64,000 bases of DNA from positions 2,816,001 to 2,880,000 of the forward strand of contig NZ_JAQNDL010000003.1 in NCBI RefSeq assembly GCF_028368995.1, written 5' to 3'. The position numbers and the translations under genes were made by a program. Each line of letters starts with the position of its first letter. The first letter of the stretch is position 1. Shown piece by piece: positions 52,055 through 62,127 of the stretch. The DNA is from Nannocystis bainbridge. GTDB lineage: Bacteria > Myxococcota_A > Polyangia > Nannocystales > Nannocystaceae. Below the pieces are notes generated by a model. It did not search any database and had not been told where the DNA came from. It saw only the letters and a list, made by a program, of their open reading frames with translations.

Positions 52055-52777
52055 CTAAAATGCGACGCGCAGGGTGACGCCGCCGCCGCCACGCAGCGGC
52101 GTGAAGCCAGGGACGACGCGACTCTGGTTCCCCAAAGACTGCTGATACAGCCACTTATAGTACTCGAGGCGACGCTTCTTGCCCTTGACCATGAGCGGCG
52201 CGCCCACGGCGATCGTGACGCCGCCGCTGATCAAGAGGCCGATGCTGGTCGCGCGGAACACGTCGTCCTGGGACAGCGCGGCGACGATTCCGAAACCCAC
52301 GCCGAGCACCGCCTGAGTGAGGCCAAGTGACAGGACGATGGACCCGGCCGTGTGCATCTTCTTGCCCTTGGGTTTCGTGTAGGCGGCGCCGAACTCCGTC
52401 TCGAGCGCCGCCACGCGCGCGGCGTCTTTGGCCTCGAGCGTCAGAGGTGCGGGTGGCGGTGGTGCCGGCGGGGCCTCGACCTGCCGAAGCTTGACAGCGT
52501 CGGCGATGGCGAGGGCGCGCACCTGGCCGGACCTCTCGACGATTGTGGCTCTCGAGTCGTCTGAGCCGGCGAGTCGCCCTCGAACTGCCCCGCCATCACG
52601 CAGCGTTACTTCGACCCAAGCGTCCTTCAACGCGCGCCACGAGTTCGGCGGAATCGCAGGCACCGGTGCCGGGCTCTCCTCGCGCGATACAGTCGGCTTG
52701 GCCTTGGGCGGGCGCTTCGCCGCAGCGGGAGCTGCGACGAGCGAGAGACTGAGCAGGGCGAGAACAGCCGGACGCAC
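52055..52777 (-). CDS. Secreted/membrane hypothetical protein
   Basis: Signal peptide, small beta domain, two hydrophobic helices, C-terminal GVTLRVAF strand. Confidence 0.7.
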   Translation of the reverse strand: MRPAVLALLSLSLVAAPAAAKRPPKAKPTVSREESPAPVPAIPPNSWRALKDAWVEVTLRDGGAVRGRLAGSDDSRATIVERSGQVRALAIADAVKLRQVEAPPAPPPPAPLTLEAKDAARVAALETEFGAAYTKPKGKKMHTAGSIVLSLGLTQAVLGVGFGIVAALSQDDVFRATSIGLLISGGVTIAVGAPLMVKGKKRRLEYYKWLYQQSLGNQSRVVPGFTPLRGGGGVTLRVAF

Positions 52778-53942
52778 GCCCGGATTGTATGGGCGCGGTT
52801 TTGCTCAGGCAAGATGCTTTCGCAACCAGGTCAACGCAGGCTGCCGCGAAGCCGCACCGTGTAGCGGCCGGTCACGGTCATCGACATTTTTGCCCCGTCC
52901 TGGACCAGGTCACCCGCGACCTTGACCGCGCCGTCGGCCGAACCATCCAGGTCGACGCCGCGGTCGAGGGAACGGCGCATTTTCCCCTGGAGCCCAAGAG
53001 TCATCTTCAGCTCGTTGTTCTCTTCGTCGACCCGGCTCTCGAGTTGCCGTTGCTATCGCGCAACTCGGCGAGCCGCTGTTGCTCGGCGCCGTCGGTGTTG
53101 CTCCTGGCGATCCCGCTGTTGCGGCTGTGATTGCGCGGCCACCGGTGCCGCTCCCGGCGAGCTGCTGTTGCTCGGCACCGTCCGTGTTGCTTCCGGTGAG
53201 CACGCTGGCGCGCGCTAAGATCACGGCGAGGTGACGGCGCGCGGCGAAGGTGATTGCGCGGCCGCGGTATTGCTCCGGCGAGCTGTTGTCGCCGTTGGGA
53301 TAGCGCTATCGCGCGCTGCGACCGTGCGCGCCGCTGTTGCTCGGCGCCAGCTTCCGGCGAGCCTCCGATGCGCGCTGTGACGAGGCGGTGGTGGTGGCCG
53401 GCGCGGGCGGCCGGCGCGTGGGCGCCGTCGACGAGGCGGGGGGTGTTGTGCTGCGCGGAGCGTCAGCGAGGCGGGGGTGTTTTGGCCGGCGCCTGGAGCG
53501 TTGGCCGGCGCGGGGGCTGTTGCTCCGAGCGATGGCGGGGACTGTTGTCTCGGGCGGGGCGTCGGCGAGGCGGAATTGTTGGCCGTCGCGCGGGCCGGCG
53601 CGGGGGGCTATCGTGCCAGGCGCTGGCGACCGCGCCCCCGGACGACGTTGTCGTGGGGGCGCGGTCGCATGGACGCGCAGGCGGCTACATCCGTCGGTGT
53701 TGCGCCCGGTGTGCCGCTGTCGCTCCGCGCGCGGCCGTTGGTGTTGCTCCCCGGCGAGCCGCTGTCGCTCGCCGGGATCGTGCGGCCGTCGGTGTTGCTC
53801 CCGGCGAGCCGCCGTCGCTCGCCACCGCCGCCGTTACGCCGCTGCGAGCGCGCGCCGTCGGTGTTGCTCCCGGCGAGCTGCTGTCGCTGGCCCGATGGTG
53901 TTGCTCGGCGCGGGCAACTGGCGTTGCTCGGCGCGGAGCCTG

Positions 53943-55125
53943 TCAATGACTTTGAGACACGGTGTTGGTCGGGTTTAGTGATTGTGAGATTTCGCCGGAG
54001 TGGTGATGAAAGGATGGATCGGTCGTGCTGCACCCGTCCGAAAGGACATGGACGTCGTACTCGCGAAGGCCGCGTTCGAGGCGGCGCGGTGGGTTGATGT
54101 AGACCGCGGCGGGAGGCCGGCGCGGCGTGGACAGTCCGCGGACGAAGCGCTCGGGATGGGCTTCGTAGGCGGCGTGGAGGGCGGCAGCCCTGATGGACAG
54201 GATGGCCTCGGTGCGGCCGTAATGCACGTCGGCGGGCGCCAGGAAGGCGATGCCGGAGTGGCGGTGGTGATGGTTGTAGCCGTCGACGAAGCGGCCGCAG
54301 AAGGCGTGGGCGTGGTCGTAGGAGGCGAAGCGGTCGGGGTAGTCGTGGGTATACTTGAGGGTCTTGAAGTGGGCCTCCGAGTACGGATTGTCGTCGCTGA
54401 CGTGGGGCCGGCTGTGCGAGCGGCGGGCGCCGAGGACGTCGTAAAGGTCGGCGAGCTCGCGGGAGGTCGGGACGGCGCCGCGATCGGCGTGGATGGTCAA
54501 TTGGTCAGGTTGAATGTTCTGCTTGTCGCAGGCGGCGCGGATCAGGCGCGCAGCGATGTCGGCGCTCTCGCGGCGCGCCAGGGTCCAGCCGACGACGCAG
54601 CGGCTGTAGATGTCGAGCAGGACGTACAGGTAATAGTATTGGCCCTTCGTCGGTCCCCGCAGCCAGGTGACGTCCCACGACCACACCTGGTTCGGCGCGG
54701 TCGCCAGCAGCTCGGGGCGCTTGTACTCGGGGTGCCGCCGCTGTCGCCGGCGCTCGCGGAGCTCGCCCTCGGCGGCGAGCAGGCGATACATGGTGCGCGC
54801 GCTGCATAGCCAGCGCTGCTCGTCGAGCAGCATCGGCACGATGACCTCGGGCGCCTTGTCGACGAAGCGCTCGCTGTGCAGCAGTTCCAGCACCTCCTGG
54901 CGCTCCACCGCGCTCAGCGCCCGTGGCGACGGCCGCGGCTTCGCCGAGCTCGGCGACGGCGCAGGGCGGCGCCGACGGTACACGGTCGCCCGCGAGACCC
55001 CCAGCGCCTCGCACGCCCGCGACAGACCTGTCCTCGCGGACAGATCGTCCGCTTGCGCGATCAGGGCTTCTCGGACGGATCGATCGTCGCGAGCGGGATC
55101 CCGAGCAATTGCGAGACTTTTTTTT
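53943..55125 (-). CDS. IS3 transposase OrfB (DDE), expressed via -1 frameshift
   Basis: PNQVWSWDVT, LDIYSR, HADRG, DNPYSEAHFKTLK and YNHHHRHSGI. Confidence 0.9.
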
Positions 55126-55468
55126 GGACATCGATGATCAGCTCCGCCGTCTCGAGCTTGTGCTCGAGCTGCGCCACACGGCGGCGCAGGCGCTCCAGCT
55201 CCTTCTGCTCGGGGTCCTGCTTCGGCTTCGGTCCGCGTTTCTTCGGCTTCAACGCGCCCAGCGTACCCTCGTCTCGCTGCCGCCTCCAGGTCGACAACAG
55301 CGAGCTGTACAGGCCCTCCTTGCGCAGGATGGCGCCGATCTGCCCATCGCTCGCGTGGTCGGTCTGCGCGAGGATCTTCCGCTTGTACGCCGGCGTGAAG
55401 CTGCGACGCGTCGCCTTCTCGGCGGTCTCGGGGTCGGGCTCTCGTGCTTGAGTCGCCATCAGATCCAT
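55061..55468 (-). CDS. IS3 transposase OrfA
   Basis: RRSFTPAYKRKIL, LRKEGLYSSLLSTWRRQ and IIDVQKKV over the A8 run (55118-55125). Confidence 0.9.
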   Translation of the reverse strand: MDLMATQAREPDPETAEKATRRSFTPAYKRKILAQTDHASDGQIGAILRKEGLYSSLLSTWRRQRDEGTLGALKPKKRGPKPKQDPEQKELERLRRRVAQLEHKLETAELIIDVQKKVSQLLGIPLATIDPSEKP

Positions 55469-56011
55469 GCCTCCTTCCTCGCCCGATTCGAGCCCGAACT
55501 CCACCCGCGAGTGCGCCTCGGCATCGCCGCAAGCGCAGCAAGAATTTCGACGGGACTACGCCCTTGCTGACTCGCCGCATCGGTACCCGGCGACCTCGAC
55601 GCGCTCTCGCCTCGCCGACTCGATTGCTCCTTGTCTCTGCTCCGCAGCAGGGCGCTCCTGGCGATCGGGCCCGCTGTAGGTGAAGCAAGAACTTCGACGG
55701 GACTATACGATTGCTGACTCGCCGTATCGGCGCCCAACGGCCTTGCCGTGCTCTCGTCCGATCTACTCGATTGCTCTCCGTTACCGCTCTTCTCGATGGT
55801 TTGGTGACTCATGTTCTCGATTCACGGTCTCGCCCTGCTCTCTGAATTCCGAAGGAGCCGTGTCTCACGCGATATTGGCAGGTAGGGGCGCGCGAGGTGT
55901 TGTTCGGTGCGCGAGCGCGCGGATCGGGGGGTGTTGCTCGACGCGAATGCGGGGATGCGGGATGTGGCTTGACGCGAGCGCGCGGGCCCGGGGTGTTGCT
56001 CGGCGCGGTGC

Positions 56012-56287
56012 TGTTTTGGCTCAGCTGGAATGGGACACGCCCCGGCCTGGTAGAAGGAGCCGGGGCAAGGACCGCCCATGAGCAAGAAGACACGCCGTCA
56101 CCACACCCCTGACCAGAAAATCAACCTGCTGCGCCGGCACCACCTCGAGAAGGTCCCCGTGTCGGAAGTCTGCGAGGGCGCCGAGCTCCAGCCGAGCGTC
56201 TTCTACGGCTGGCAGTACCACCTGTTCGAGCACGGTGCCGCGGCCTTCGGGGAATCTCGCAAGCGCGTCGAGACCATCGCGCCTTGA
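56012..56287 (+). pseudogene. Truncated IS3-family remnant (left end + partial orfA 56078-56287)
   Basis: TGTTTTGG...GGGACAC end; MSKKTRRHHTPDQKINLLRRH..VSEVC...QPSVFYGW; no orfB follows. Confidence 0.75.
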
Positions 56288-56574
56288 CTGACGCAATCAA
56301 GGACGTCACGCGAGCATGTCGGCGTGGCCGACGCAGGAGGCCGCGCCGCGCGAGCCTCGTTCATCGACCCGGCATGGGCCTCGTGTTCACGGTGTTTGAT
56401 GGTATCGGAGTCAATGTTGATGCCGATACCGCTGTGTGAGGACCAGGCGCCTCGCAGATTGCGGCGGCGAGCACTGCGGGCCGCCGTGCCGGTCGAGGGT
56501 GGGCGCTCGATGCCTCTACACACGCTCGCATCGCTTGAACCTGGAGTTGCCGGGCGTGGGTGAGGCATGCCCCT

Positions 56575-57558
56575 TCAGAACTCCCGCTGCCAGATCGCGC
56601 CGAAACTCCCGCCGCTGAGCATCGGCGCGACCTGGTTTGATGATTTGCGGCGGAGCGCCAGCCCGATCATCGTCGCGCTGGCGACCAGCAGCGCCGGCCC
56701 TGCGATGAGTCCGGTCCGCGCAACGGCTTCTGTCCGGTGGCCGCGGTCGAAGATGTCCTGGCAATCGCCGACTAGCTGCTTCCGCGTGCACATGCCGGCG
56801 ACGAATTGCCGCTCGAGCGACTGAGTGCGCACGTAGGCCCCAATGAACATGCCGAACATCGCCAGGCTGGCGGCAGCGACCACGCCGCCGCCGATCGCCA
56901 GCCCTCTCCATGGCTTGGGCGGCGGCGCCGGGGCGGGCGTCGGCTGGGACGGGGGTGGCTCGGGCCCCTCGGCGCTCGGCTTTTGCTCGGGCGCTTGCGC
57001 GAGTTCGGCCAGGCGCTCCTGTAGCTTCGCGTGCGCGCTCTTTCCCTTGGTCCCGAGCGACGCCCCGGGGTGCAGTTGGCCGAACGCCCTCACGTAATTG
57101 TCGAGGACCTTGACCGCCTCCTCGACCACCGCTCGCTCGTCGCCCTTGCTCGCTGCTCTCCCATAGGCCTCGGCGATGTAATCGTATAATCCACCGCGGT
57201 TCTCCTGGTCCGTCGTCGGCAGCTGTTTGGCGGCCTCGGCCCAGCTTCGCGCCGCCCCGAGGTACTCCTCGCGTGAATACTGCTCGTCTCCTTGGACGAA
57301 CAGCTCGTCGAACGTCGACGCGTTTTCTGCCGGGGACACAGCGAACATCGCGGGCAACGTCGCAGGCTGCAGGCAGGTGAGACCTACGAATATCGCCACG
57401 GATCGCCGCCAAAACCGGAAATCACCCCTGCCCTGAGCTGCCGCGTGCATCCCGCGGACGATATCACGGGCCGAGTCAGCGACGATCCCCGCGATGGGGT
57501 CCGACTCCTGGGCCGCCGACAGCACAAATTCGCGCGTCGCCCAGATTGTTCGGTTCAA
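56575..57558 (-). CDS. TPR-like secreted/membrane protein with Pro linker and C-terminal hydrophobic segments
   Basis: ELFVQGDEQYSREEYLGAARSW helical repeat; GLAIGGGVV; ends WQREF. Start may be GTG 57399. Confidence 0.75.
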   Translation of the reverse strand: MNRTIWATREFVLSAAQESDPIAGIVADSARDIVRGMHAAAQGRGDFRFWRRSVAIFVGLTCLQPATLPAMFAVSPAENASTFDELFVQGDEQYSREEYLGAARSWAEAAKQLPTTDQENRGGLYDYIAEAYGRAASKGDERAVVEEAVKVLDNYVRAFGQLHPGASLGTKGKSAHAKLQERLAELAQAPEQKPSAEGPEPPPSQPTPAPAPPPKPWRGLAIGGGVVAAASLAMFGMFIGAYVRTQSLERQFVAGMCTRKQLVGDCQDIFDRGHRTEAVARTGLIAGPALLVASATMIGLALRRKSSNQVAPMLSGGSFGAIWQREF

Positions 57559-57753
57559 CGCGCCAGTGCGCGATGGGCAGCGCGCACTGGCGCGCTGAAG
57601 CGTTAGGGGTCAACCTTCACAGATTTCGCGGCAAGAGTTACGGGCCGGCGGGCCGGCCCAGCGCGCGCAAGGATCTGGGGCCTCGCGCCCGATGCCACCG
57701 CTCGTGGCCGAGTTGCCGGGCGCGGGCGTGCCGTTGTAGGCTGCGACCCCGTC

Positions 57754-59499
57754 GTGAAGCTGGAGGCTCACCGCGACCCGCTGCCTGGGTCGATCCTCGA
57801 AGGACGTTACAGGCTCGTGCGCCTCCTCGGCCGCGGCGGCATGGGCAGCGTATATGTGGCCGAGGAGACGCGGCTGGGGCGGTCCTACGCACTGAAGCTG
57901 CTCAAACCCGAGCTCACGGAGGACCGCGCGCAGATCGAGCGATTTCTCCGCGAGGCGCAGACGATCGCGCGGCTGGAGCACCCAAACATCGTCGACATTC
58001 ATTCATTCGGCGAGGACCCCTCGGGCTTCGTGTTCTTCACTATGGAGCTGCTGACCGGCGAGGACCTCGAGTCGCGGATCGCCGCGCGATCGGGCCGGCC
58101 CTACAGCGTGCGTGAGGCGTGCGCCTGGGCGATCCAGATCGCGCGCGCGGTCGGATACGTCCACCAAAACGGGCTGATCCACCGCGACCTCAAGACACAA
58201 AACGTCTTCCTCGCGCGCACGCGTGACGGCGGCGAGATCATCAAGCTGCTCGACTTCGGCATCGCGCGCCCGGAGAGCGGCTCGGAACTCACTCGCACGG
58301 GGAACATCCTCGGCACGCCGAGCTACATGTCACCCGAGCAGATCCGCGACGAGCGGCTGGACCGCCGCTCCGACATCTACTCGTTCGGCGTGCTGCTATT
58401 CAAGCTGCTCATCGGGCGCGCCCCATTCGTCGGCGAGGCGATCCAGGTGGCGATGCACCACCTCACCTCGCAGGTCCCGCCGCCGTCGTCGCTCGCGCCC
58501 GGCGCCGGGATCCCGCCGGCCCTCGACGAACTGGTCCTCAAGGCCCTGTCTAAACAGCCGGGCGACCGCTACGCCTCGATGGAGGAGGTCGAGCGCGCCC
58601 TCGTCGCGGTGTATGCGACCCCGCTGCTCGCCCCGCCGGTCAAGCTCGCGCCGCCCGCGGCATCCTCCCGGCCCCCCTCGTTACAACCCGAGGTCGACCA
58701 CGCCGACGAGGGGGCGCTCTCGCTCGCGACCACGGCGTCTCTGCTGCGCCCACCACGCTGCTCCGAGTCTCCCGCGGCGACTGTCCCCGCGAGCAGCGCG
58801 GCGCTCTCGGTCGACGAAGCGGCGCTCGACGAGGTTACGGCGCGGAGCCTCGTCGAGCGAGTGGCGACCGACCCGGCTCTGATTCCGGTCGCCGCCCCCC
58901 CGGCGCCGGCCAGTCCCTCGCCGGCGCGCACGAGCCAGCTCTGGCGTCTCCTCGCGCTCGGAGCGAGCCTTGCGTGCCTTCTCGCCCTCGCAACGTGGCT
59001 GGTCGCTCGCCTAGGGCTCAACATGCCGGCGGTCGTTTCCCCGGCCACCGCCCCGCCGGCCCCATCGATCGTCGCGTCGCCCTCTCCACCCATGCCGGAT
59101 ACGGCAAAGAGCGCTCCCATCATTCTGCCGGACCCGGCTCCGCCCGCGGCCGAGCCGCCTGCTCCCTCCGCGCCGGAGCCCGACGATGCCCCGAGCTCGA
59201 ACGACCCGGAGGACCCGCGACCGACGAAGGTCGATCGCCCGAAGTCAGAACCCGTGAAGCCGAAGGTCAGCCCACCGGACCCGATCGCCCGGATCAAGGA
59301 GCGAGCCCGCGCCTGCCGCCGGAAGCACAACGCCGTCGACCAGCCTGCGCTCACCGTCGAATTCGCGGTTGGGAGCGACGGCGCCGTCCTGCGCGCCACG
59401 CCCGCGAGCGACACCCCGCTCGCCATCTGCCTCGCCGATGCCGTGAAGCAGGCCCGCTTCGAGCCCAAGATCCGGCTCCGGCAGGAGATCTCTCTGTGA
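57754..59499 (+). CDS. Ser/Thr protein kinase (Hanks type), TM-anchored
   Basis: LGRGGMGSV, ALK, HRDLKTQN, DFG and GTPSYMSPE; TM; Pro linker; C-terminal domain. Confidence 0.95.
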   Translation: MKLEAHRDPLPGSILEGRYRLVRLLGRGGMGSVYVAEETRLGRSYALKLLKPELTEDRAQIERFLREAQTIARLEHPNIVDIHSFGEDPSGFVFFTMELLTGEDLESRIAARSGRPYSVREACAWAIQIARAVGYVHQNGLIHRDLKTQNVFLARTRDGGEIIKLLDFGIARPESGSELTRTGNILGTPSYMSPEQIRDERLDRRSDIYSFGVLLFKLLIGRAPFVGEAIQVAMHHLTSQVPPPSSLAPGAGIPPALDELVLKALSKQPGDRYASMEEVERALVAVYATPLLAPPVKLAPPAASSRPPSLQPEVDHADEGALSLATTASLLRPPRCSESPAATVPASSAALSVDEAALDEVTARSLVERVATDPALIPVAAPPAPASPSPARTSQLWRLLALGASLACLLALATWLVARLGLNMPAVVSPATAPPAPSIVASPSPPMPDTAKSAPIILPDPAPPAAEPPAPSAPEPDDAPSSNDPEDPRPTKVDRPKSEPVKPKVSPPDPIARIKERARACRRKHNAVDQPALTVEFAVGSDGAVLRATPASDTPLAICLADAVKQARFEPKIRLRQEISL

Positions 59500-60085
59500 C
59501 GCACAGATCCATCATGAACGAGAAGCAGGCCCGCTTCGAGCCAAGACCCGATTCTGAGGAAAGCAGCGCAACGAGATGGCGTCGCTTCTCGTCGGCGCCG
59601 CCTACAACCTACTTCGGATGGCAAAGCTGCTGCTGCCCATCGCATGAGGCCCGTCGGGCTGGGGTCTCCCCTGGCCCGAAGAGGCCCCGGAGGAAAGTTC
59701 TGGAGGGATTTCTTTCTACTCACATGATCTCGCTCAACACCGGCGGCCGCGCGATCACACCCCGCGTCGGCGGCTCGCTGGAAGCAACACCGACGGCGCC
59801 GAGCAACAGCGGCGCGCACGGTCGCACCGCGCGATAGCACTGTCCCGACGGCGACAGCAGTTCGCCGAAGCAAATGCCGCGGCCACACCATCCCTGCGCG
59901 CGCCGGCGCCGAGCCGCACTCATAGAGCGCGCCAGCGGGCTCGCCGGAAGCAACACCGACGGCGCCGAGCAACAGCATCTCGCCGGAAGCAGCTCCGGCG
60001 GTCGCGCATAGTTACGACAGCAGAATCGGGCCGGCTGAATTCGCCCGTGTTGCGCCGGGTAGCCGCTGCGGGGACAATCCCCGCC

Positions 60086-60412
60086 ATGGACATTTCACCT
60101 GGGGATCACCGGCTCCGGCGGCTGCATCGCATCGACACTGGGGTGCTCGAAGAGAAGAGGCAACTGCTTGCGCAGGGCAAGGGCGTCGACCCGGTCTCGA
60201 TCGTGCGGTTCAGGCAGCCCACCGGGTTCGAAGTCTACATCGTGGCCGACGGCACGCATCGTGTGCAGGCGGCGCTAGAGATGGGGCTTGAGGCGATCGA
60301 GTTCGAGTGGGGAGACCTCAAGAGCGTCGAGCGCGAGGCGAGGCGGCGCGGGCGCGACTTCGCCGACCTGGCTCATCGTGCGCGCAAGTTCGCCAGCGAC
60401 GATCACGAGTGA
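60086..60412 (+). CDS. Stand-alone ParB/Srx N-terminal-like domain protein
   Basis: PVSIV...YIVADGTHRVQAALEMG matches the ParB/Srx DG.HR motif. Confidence 0.65.
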   Translation: MDISPGDHRLRRLHRIDTGVLEEKRQLLAQGKGVDPVSIVRFRQPTGFEVYIVADGTHRVQAALEMGLEAIEFEWGDLKSVEREARRRGRDFADLAHRARKFASDDHE

Positions 60413-60619
60413 GAACCATCGGTTCGCGGCGGGATTGCTCGCGACGCGAGGTCCGGCAGCATGGCCAGATGCGGCGCGGGTTCGGCCAAGTATTCTCAGT
60501 GATGCTCGTGATAGCTCGCGGTGCGCTGCCCCGAAGGCGGCATCGACGGCGCCACGAGTGGACCACGTCATCCTCGGCGCGCAGGCCCCAAGCCCCGATT
60601 TCGCCGAGGCGACCGGCGC

Positions 60620-62125
60620 CTACAACCGGAAGCGCAGCGTCTCGCCCGACCGAAGTCCCAGGCCCTCGGCGAGCCTCGCAACGCAGTCCCCGAGATCGCC
60701 GAACGCGGCGCGGCCGTTGAATTTCACCTCGGGCGTCCCGCCGGACCGCGCCTCGATCGTGACCTGGGACTTGACCTGCTTCCCTTCACGGTCGCAGGCG
60801 AGGATCCCTCGACGGGCACGGCGCTCGGTCGCGGTCTTGACGACGACCGGCTTTGACGTGCCGGCCAGCACAGTCCCCTGTCTGACCGTCTCCGACCGCT
60901 CCACGCGCGCCGCTGTGGCACCGCCAGACTTGTACGGGGCATGCGCGGGTTCGGAGCCGTCCGAAGGGGCCATCTTGATCGGAGAGAGCAACGCGGGCTG
61001 GCCATTGCGGCTTCTCTGCGACACGGTGAGCTCGGGTACTTGCGGCCGCTCGTAGGCCGCCAGAGCGCCGGCATCCTGCGCCAACTCCACGCCGCCGGAA
61101 GTCGACAGCGCAGCCACCGCGGACCCACCGATCATCGCACCGAGCATCACGCCCATGAGCATCACACGCGGCATCCTGCCGGGCTCCGGGTGTGCGATGA
61201 CGGGGACCATGGCAGGCAGCTCAGCGAGTGCGTCGTGGAGCGCCAGCGCCATCTCCTTCGCGTCCGAGAAGCGGTGCTCGACGTCGCTGAGCGCACGCAT
61301 GACGATCTGGTCCACGCTCTCGGGGATCTCGAGGCCGGGGGCGATCATCGCCAGCGTGGGTACGGCGATCTGGCCCGGCTCCGCCACCATGAAGTCCGGG
61401 ATCGTCTGCGCGGTGAGCATCTCCCACATGAGCACGCCGAGCGCGTAGAGATCGGAGCGCGGATCTGGCGGGCAACCGGCGCAGCGCTCCGGCGCGACGT
61501 ATCGGCGCAGTCCGTACACCGTGTCATCAGGGACAGGCGCGTTGGTGATTTTCTTGCTCGGGAGCACGGTGGCGAAGCCGAAGTCGATCACCACTGCGAA
61601 GTCAGCGTCCGCGATGTCGTGGCGGAGCATCACGTTGGAAGCGTGCAGGTCGTTGTGGATGATGCCAGCGCCGTGCAGCTCGTGGAGCCCGGACAGCACG
61701 TGCAGCGCGATCCGGCACATGCGTCGCCATGGTATGGGTCCGCGCCGCGCCAGCGTCTGCAGCGACATGCCTTCGACGAACTTGAACACGGTGAAGGCGC
61801 AGCCCTCGTCGCAGCCGAAGTCGAACGCCTGGATCACGTACGGGCTCGAGTGACGGCTGGCTACACGGCCCTCCTGGCCGAAGTAGCCGAGCAGGCGCTC
61901 GTGCAGGCTCGAGTGCAGGATCTTGACCGCGACCTTGCCGCCGGTGCGCGTGTCCTCCGCGCAGTAGACCGTCGAAGTCCCGCCGGGTCCGATCGGCTCG
62001 TTGAGCTTGTAACGCCCGCCGACGAGCTCGTCGGAGTAGTTCTCCCGCGGATCGTCGTCCTCGACGTAGTGAAAGTTTAGGTCCGGGTCGCGAGCTTGCT
62101 TGGGGGGGTGCCAGATCGCGGGCAT
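60620..62125 (-). CDS. Ser/Thr protein kinase, atypical catalytic loop, TM-anchored
   Basis: IGPGGTSTV, AVK, HNDLHASN, DFG, YVAPE and DLYALG; TM; C-terminal domain similar to the other kinase. Confidence 0.88.
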   Translation of the reverse strand: MPAIWHPPKQARDPDLNFHYVEDDDPRENYSDELVGGRYKLNEPIGPGGTSTVYCAEDTRTGGKVAVKILHSSLHERLLGYFGQEGRVASRHSSPYVIQAFDFGCDEGCAFTVFKFVEGMSLQTLARRGPIPWRRMCRIALHVLSGLHELHGAGIIHNDLHASNVMLRHDIADADFAVVIDFGFATVLPSKKITNAPVPDDTVYGLRRYVAPERCAGCPPDPRSDLYALGVLMWEMLTAQTIPDFMVAEPGQIAVPTLAMIAPGLEIPESVDQIVMRALSDVEHRFSDAKEMALALHDALAELPAMVPVIAHPEPGRMPRVMLMGVMLGAMIGGSAVAALSTSGGVELAQDAGALAAYERPQVPELTVSQRSRNGQPALLSPIKMAPSDGSEPAHAPYKSGGATAARVERSETVRQGTVLAGTSKPVVVKTATERRARRGILACDREGKQVKSQVTIEARSGGTPEVKFNGRAAFGDLGDCVARLAEGLGLRSGETLRFRL

Positions 62126-62127
62126 GG

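Larger units (their letters stand above)
53941..55880 (-). mobile_element. IS3-family insertion sequence
   Basis: Imperfect terminal IRs TGTCAATGACTTTGAGACACGG (from 53941) and TGCCAATATCGCGTGAGACACGG (reverse complement ending 55880); orfA/orfB with a slippery A8G; no clear target duplication. Confidence 0.88.

Noticed and set aside
51037-53978. Arg/Cys-rich ORFs in the island's intergenic gaps
   Set aside because: They are translations of the dispersed GGTGTTGCTC repeat, with no codon bias or domain motifs.
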